NCBI GenBank assembly: GCA_002269645.1
Contig: NIVC01000669.1
Coordinates: forward strand, 74,207 to 138,206
From: Macrostomum lignano
Taxonomy: Eukaryota
Direction: 5' to 3'
DNA length: 64,000 nt
The notes under the pieces are model-generated. The model saw only the letters and a program-made list of their open reading frames with translations. It made no database searches and was not told the DNA's origin. Positions 57,668 through 64,000 of this stretch are shown here, in pieces. The position numbers were made by a program, and so were the translations under genes. Every line of letters starts with the position of its first letter. The stretch's first letter is position 1.

Positions 57668-60600
57668 GCTGATTTGCCTATCCCCTCTCCCACTGTGTCT
57701 ATCCCCTCTCCCACTGTGTCTATCCCCTCTCCCACTGTGTCTATCCCCTCTCCCACTGTGTCTATCCCCTCTCCCACTGTGTCTATCCCCTCTCCCAGTG
57801 TGTCTATCCCCTCTCCCACTGTGTCTATCCCCCTCCCACTGTGTCTATCCCCTCTCCCACTGTGTCTATCCCCTCTCCCACTGTGTCTATCCCCTCTCCC
57901 ACTGTGTCTATCCCCTCTCCCAGTGTGTCTATCCCCTCTCCCACTGTGTCTATCCCCTCTCCCACTGTGTCTATCCCCTCTCCCACTGTGTCTATCCCCT
58001 CTCCCACTGTGTCTATCCCCTCTCCCACTGTGTCTATCCCCTCTCCCACTGTGTCTATCCCCTCTCCCACTGTGTCTATCCCCTCTCCCACTGTGTCTAT
58101 CCCCTCTCCCACTGTGTCTATCCTCTCTCCCACTGTGTCTATCCCCTCTCTCACTGTGTCTATCCCCTCTCCCACTGTGTCTATCCCCTCTCCCACTGTG
58201 TCTATCCCTCTCCCACTGTGTCTATCCCCTCTCCCACTGTGTCTATCCCCTCTCCCACTGTGTCTATCCCCTCTCCCACTGTGTCTATCCCCTCTCCCAC
58301 TGTGTCTATCCCCTCTCCCACTGTGTCTATCCCCTCTCCCACTGTGTCTATCCCCTCTCCCACTGTGTCTATCCCCTCTCCCACTGTGTCTATCTCCTCT
58401 CCCACTGTGTCTATCCCCTCTCCCACTGTGTCTATCCCTCTCCCACTGTGTCTATCCCCTCTCCCACTGTGTCTATCCCCTCTCCCACTGTGTCTATCCC
58501 CTCTCCCACTGTGTCTATCCCCTCTCCCACTGTGTCTATCCCCTCTCCCACTGTGTCTATCTCTCCCACTGTGTCTATCCCCTCTCCCACTGTGTCTATC
58601 CCCTCTCCCACTGTGTCTATCCCCTCTCCCACTGTGTCTATCCCCTCTCCCACTGTGTCTATCCCCTCTCCCACTGTGTCTATCCCCTCTCCCAGTGTGT
58701 CTATCCCCTCTCCCACTGTGTCTATCCCCTCTCCCAGTGTGTCTATCCCTCTCCCACTGTGTCTATCCCCTCTCCCACTGTGTCTATCCCCTCTCCCACT
58801 GTGTCTATCCCCTCTCCCAGTGTGTCTATCCCTCTCCCACTGTGTCTATCCCCTCTCCCACTGTGTCTATCCCCTCTCCCACTGTGTCTATCTCCTCTCC
58901 CACTGTGTCTATCCCCTCTCCCACTGTGTCTATCCCCTCTCCCACTGTGTCTATCCCCTCTCCCACTGTGTCTATCCCCTCTCCCACTGTGTCTATCCCC
59001 TCTCCCACTGTGTCTATCCCCTCTCCCAGTGTGTCTATCCCCTCTCCCACTGTGTCCATCCCCTCTCCCACTGTGTCTATCCCCTCTCCCACTGTGTCTA
59101 TCCCCTCTCCCACTGTGTCTATCCCCTCTCCCACTGTGTCTATCCCCTCTCCCACTGTGTCTATCCCCTCTCCCAGTGTGTCTATCCCCTCTCCCACTGT
59201 GTCTATCCCCCTCCCACTGTGTCTATCCCCTCTCCCACTGTGTCTATCCCCTCTCCCACTGTGTCTATCCCCTCTCCCACTGTGTCTATCCCCTCTCCCA
59301 CTGTGTCTATCCCCTCTCCCACTGTGTCTATCCCCTCTCCCACTGTGTCTATCCCCTCTCCCACTGTGCCTATCCCCTCTCCCACTGTGCCTATCCCCTC
59401 TCCCACTGTGTCTATCCCCTCTCCCACTGTGTCTATCCCCTCTCCCACTGTGTCTATCCCCTCTCCCACTGTGTCTATCCCCTCTCCCACTGTGTCTATC
59501 CCTCTCCCACTGTGTCTATCCCCTCTCCCACTGTGTCTATCCCCTCTCCCACTGTGTCTATCCCCTCTCCCACTGTGTCTATCCCCTCTCCCACTGTGTC
59601 TATCCCCTCTCCCACTGTGCCTATCCCCTCTTCCACTGTGTCTATCCCCTCTCCCACTGTGTCTATCCCCTCTCCCACTGTGTCTATCCCCTCTCCCACT
59701 GTGTCTATCCCCTCTCCTACTGTGTCTATCCCCTCTCCCACTGTGTCTATCCCCTCTCCCACTGTGTCTATCCCCTCTCCCACTGTGTCTATCCCCTCTC
59801 CCACTGTGTCTATCCCCTCTCCCACTGTGTCTATCCCCTCTCCCACTGTGTCTATCCCCTCTCCCACTGTGTCTATCCCCTCTCCCACTGTGTCTATCCC
59901 CTCTCCCACTGTGTCTATCCCCTCTCCCACTGTGTCTATCCCCTCTCCCACTGTGTCTATCCCCTCTCCCACTGTGTCTATCCCTCTCCCACTGTGTCTA
60001 TCCCCTCTCCCACTGTGTCTATCCCCTCTCCCACTGTGCCTATCCCCTCTCCCACTGTGTCTATCCCCTCTCCCACTGTGTCTATCCCCTCTCCCACTGT
60101 GTCTATCCCCTCTCTCACTGTGTCTATCCCCTCTCCCACTGTGTCTATCCCTCTCCCACTGTGTCTATCCCCTCTCCCACTGTGTCTATCCCCTCTCCCA
60201 CTGTGTCTATCCCCTCTCCCACTGTGTCTATCCCCTCTCCCACTGTGTCTATCCCCTCTCCCACTGTGTCTATCCCCTCTCCCACTGTGTCTATCCCCTC
60301 TCCCACTGTGTCTATCCCCTCTCCCACTGTGTCTATCCCCTCTCCCACTGTGTCTATCCCCTCTCCCACTGTGTCTATCCCTCTCCCACTGTGTCTATCC
60401 CCTCTCCCACTGTGTCTATCCCCTCTCCCACTGTGTCTATCCCCTCTCCCACTGTGTCTATCCCCTCTCCCACTGTGTCTATCCTCTCTCCCACTGTGTC
60501 TATCCCCTCTCCCACTGTGTCTATCCTCTCCCACTGTGTCTATCCCCTCTCCCACTGTGTCTATCCCCTCTCCCACTGTGTCTATCCCCTCTCCCACTGT

Positions 60601-63600
60601 GTCTATCCCCTCTCCCACTGTGTCTATCCCCTCTCCCACTGTGTCTATCCCCTCTCCCACTGTGTCTATCCCCTCTCCCACTGTGTCTATCCCCTCTCCC
60701 ACTGTGTCTATCCCCTCTCCCACTGTGTCTATCCCCTCTCCCACTGTGTCTATCCCCTCTCCCACTGTGTCTATCCCCTCTCCCACTGTGTCTATCCCCT
60801 CTCCCACTGTGTCTATCCCCTCTCCCACTGTGCCTATCCCCTCTCCCACTGTGTCTATCCCCTCTCCCACTGTGCCTATCCCCTCTCCCACTGTGTCTAT
60901 CCCCTCTCCCACTGTGTCTATCCCCTCTCCCACTGTGTCTATCCCCTCTCCCACTGTGTCTATCCCCTCTCCCACTGTGTCTATCCCCTCTCCCACTGTG
61001 TCTATCCCCTCTCCCACTGTGTCTATCCCCTCTCCCACTGTGTCTATCCCCTCTCCCACTGTGTCTATCCCCTCTCCCACTGTGTCTATCCCCTCTCCCA
61101 CTGTGTCTATCCCCTCTCCCACTGTGTCTATCTCCTCTCCCACTGTGTCTATCCCCTCTCCCACTGTGTCTATCCCCTCTCCCACTGTGTCTATCCCCTC
61201 TCCCACTGTGTCTATCCCCTCTCCCACTGTGTCTATCCCCTCTCCCACTGTGTCTATCCCTCTCCCACTGTGTCTATCCCCTCTCCCACTGTGTCCATCC
61301 CCTCTCCCACTGTGTCTATCCCCTCTCCCACTGTGTCTATCCCCTCTCCCACTGTGTCTATCCCCTCTCCCACTGTGTCTATCCCCTCTCCCACTGTGTC
61401 TATCCTCTCTCCCACTGTGTCTATCCCCTCTCCCACTGTGTCTATCCTCTCTCCCACTGTGTCTATCCCCTCTCCCACTGTGTCTATCCCCTCTCCCACT
61501 GTGTCTATCCCCTCTCCCACTGTGTCTATCCCCTCTCCCACTGTGTCTATCCCCTCTCCCACTGTGTCTATCCCCTCTCCCACTGTGTCTATCCCCTCTC
61601 CCACTGTGTCTATCCCCTCTCCCACTGTGTCTATCCCCTCTCCCACTGTGTCTATCTCCTCTCCCACTGTGTCTATCCCCTCTCCCACTGTGTCTATCTC
61701 CTCTCCCACTGTGTCTATCCCCTCTCCCACTGTGTCTATCCCCTCTCCCACTGTGTCTATCCCCTCTCCCACTGTGTCTATCCCCTCTCCCACTGTGTCT
61801 ATCCCCTCTCCCACTGTGTCTATCCCTCTCCCACTGTGTCTATCCCCTCTCCCAGTGTGTCTATCCCCTCTCCCACTGTGTCTATCCCCTCTCCCAGTGT
61901 GTCTATCCCCTCTCCCACTGTGTCTATCCCCTCTCCCACTGTGTCTATCCCCTCTCCCACTGTGTCTATCCCCTCTCCCACTGTGTCTATCCCCTCTCCC
62001 ACTGTGTCTATCCCCTCTCCCACTGTGTCTATCCCCTCTCCCACTGTGTCTATCTCCTCTCTCCACTGTGTCTATCCCCTCTCCCACTGTGTCTATCCCC
62101 TCTCCCACTGTGTCTATCCCCTCTCCCACTGTGTCTATCCCCTCTCCCACTGTGTCTATCCCCTCTCCCACTGTGTCTATCCCCTCTCCCACTGTGTCTA
62201 TCCCCTCTCCCACTGTGTCCATCCCCTCTCCCACTGTGTCTATCCCCTCTCCCACTGTGTCTATCCCCTCTCCCACTGTGTCTATCCCCTCTCCCACTGT
62301 GTCTATCCCCTCTCCCACTGTGTCTATCCCCTCTCCCACTGTGCCTATCCCCTCTCCCACTGTGTCTATCCCCTCTCCCACTGTGTCTATCCTCTCTCCC
62401 ACTGTGTCTATCCCCTCTCCCACTGTGTCTATCCCCTCTCCCACTGTGTCTATCCCCTCTCCCACTGTGTCTATCCCCTCTCCCACTGTGTCTATCCCCT
62501 CTCCCACTGTGTCTATCCCCTCTCCCACTGTGTCTATCCCCTCTCCCACTGTGTCTATCCCCTCTCCCACTGTGTCTATCCCCTCTCCCACTGTGTCTAT
62601 CCCCTCTCCCACTGTGTCTATCCCCTCTCCCACTGTGTCTATCCCCTCTCCCACTGTGTCTATCCCCTCTCCCACTGTGTCTATCCCCTCTCCCACTGTG
62701 TCTATCCCCTCTCCCACTGTGTCTATCCCCTCTCCCACTGTGTCTATCCCCTCTCCCACTGTGTCTATCCCCTCTCCCAGTGTGTCTATCCCCTCTCCCA
62801 CTGTGTCTATCCCCTCTCCCACTGTGTCTATCCCCTCTCCCACTGTGTCTATCCCCTCTCCCAGTGTGTCTATCCCTCTCCCACTGTGTCTATCCCCTCT
62901 CCCACTGTGTCTATCCCTCTCCCACTGTGTCTATCTCCTCTCCCACTGTGTCTATCCCCTCTCCCACTGTGTCTATCCCCTCTCCCACTGTGTCTATCCC
63001 CTCTCCCACTGTGTCTATCCCCTCTCCCACTGTGTCTATCCCCTCTCCCACTGTGTCTATCCCCTCTCCCACTGTGTCTATCCCTCTCCCACTGTGTCCA
63101 TCCCCTCTCCCACTGTGTCTATCCCCTCTCCCACTGTGTCTATCCCCTCTCCCACTGTGTCTATCCCCTCTCCCACTGTGTCTATCCCCTCTCCCACTGT
63201 GTCTATCCCCTCTCCCACTGTGTCTATCCCCTCTCCCACTGTGTCTATCCCCTCTCCCACTGTGCCTATCCCCTCTCCCACTGTGTCTATCCCCTCTCCC
63301 ACTGTGTCTATCCCTCTCCCACTGTGTCTATCCCCTCTCCCACTGTGTCTATCCCCTCTCCTACTGTGTCTATCCCTCTCCCACTGTGTCTATCCCTCTC
63401 CCACTGTGTCTATTCTCCTCTCCCACTGTGTCTATCCCTCTCCCACTGTGTCTATCCCCTCTCCCACTGTGTCTATCCCCTCTCCCACTGTGTCTATCCC
63501 CTCTCCCACTGTGTCTATCCCTCTCCCACTGTGTCTATCCCCTCTCCCACTGTGTCTATCCCCTCTCCCACTGTGTCCATCCCCTCTCCCACTGTGTCTA

Positions 63601-63875
63601 TCCCCTCTCCCCACTGTGTCTATCCCTCTCCCACTGTGTCTATCCCCTCTCCCACTGTGTCTATCCCCTCTCCCACTGTGTCTATCCCTCTCCCACTGTG
63701 TCTATCCCCTCTCCCACTGTGTCTATCCCCTCTCCCACTGTGTCTATCCCTCTCCCACTGTGTCTATCCCCTCTCCCACTGTGTCTATCCCCTCTCCACT
63801 GTGTCTATCCCCTCTCCCACTGTGTCTATCCCCTCTCCCAGTGTGTCTATCCCCTCTCCCACTGTGTCTATCCCA
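57668..63875. repeat. 21-bp satellite, ~295 copies (~6.2 kb)
   Basis: Unit TATCCCCTCTCCCACTGTGTC. It is stop-free in several frames, which produces the spurious 2000-aa ORFs. Confidence 0.98.
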
Positions 63876-64000
63876 CCTTGTCTGCCGCATTTACAGCTAC
63901 AGTGTATGTTTTCACGAATAATTTTTTATCAAATTTTAACCACCAAATACGCTACTGATTTTGCATTAGCCAGTAGTATGGCTAGCATCGTCTTTTAGAG

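Noticed and set aside
57657-63998. Three >2000-aa ORFs (PSPTVSI / LPLCLSP / SHCVYPL repeats) and the antisense GEGIDTV ORFs
   Set aside because: Translations of a stop-free 21-bp satellite that are open in all frames and swap at single-base indels. Not mucin or antifreeze genes.

Overview
Eukaryotic (animal) genomic DNA with spliced genes whose introns and spacers are packed with mini- and microsatellites, SINEs, MITEs and LINE remnants. The style suggests a flatworm such as Macrostomum (inference only). Genes resolved exon by exon: pyroglutamyl-peptidase I (-), three tandem pyrroline-5-carboxylate reductase paralogs (-; one carries a 1-nt exon-2 frameshift, one has a 12.6-kb intron filled by an ~11-kb satellite with a ~2.3-kb higher-order repeat), INSIG (+), HYPK (+; no convincing genomic start codon) and lin-28 (-; GC-AG intron, 10-nt first coding exon). 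Mobile DNA: a hAT-type MITE with an 8-bp TSD, two tRNA-derived SINE families, two palindromic MITEs, a direct-repeat mini-element in (CTAT)n, and a TSD-bounded LINE missing nearly all of ORF2. The most notable observations are the possible spliced-leader-supplied AUG for HYPK, the PYCR x3 + PGPEP1 co-oriented cluster with patchwork homogenisation, the intronic satellite and its apparent origin from a foldback element, and a ~6-kb CpG-depleted domain around a CpG-rich islet. The very long ORFs in the ORF track are satellite artefacts. No CRISPR array, rRNA gene or true tRNA gene was found.
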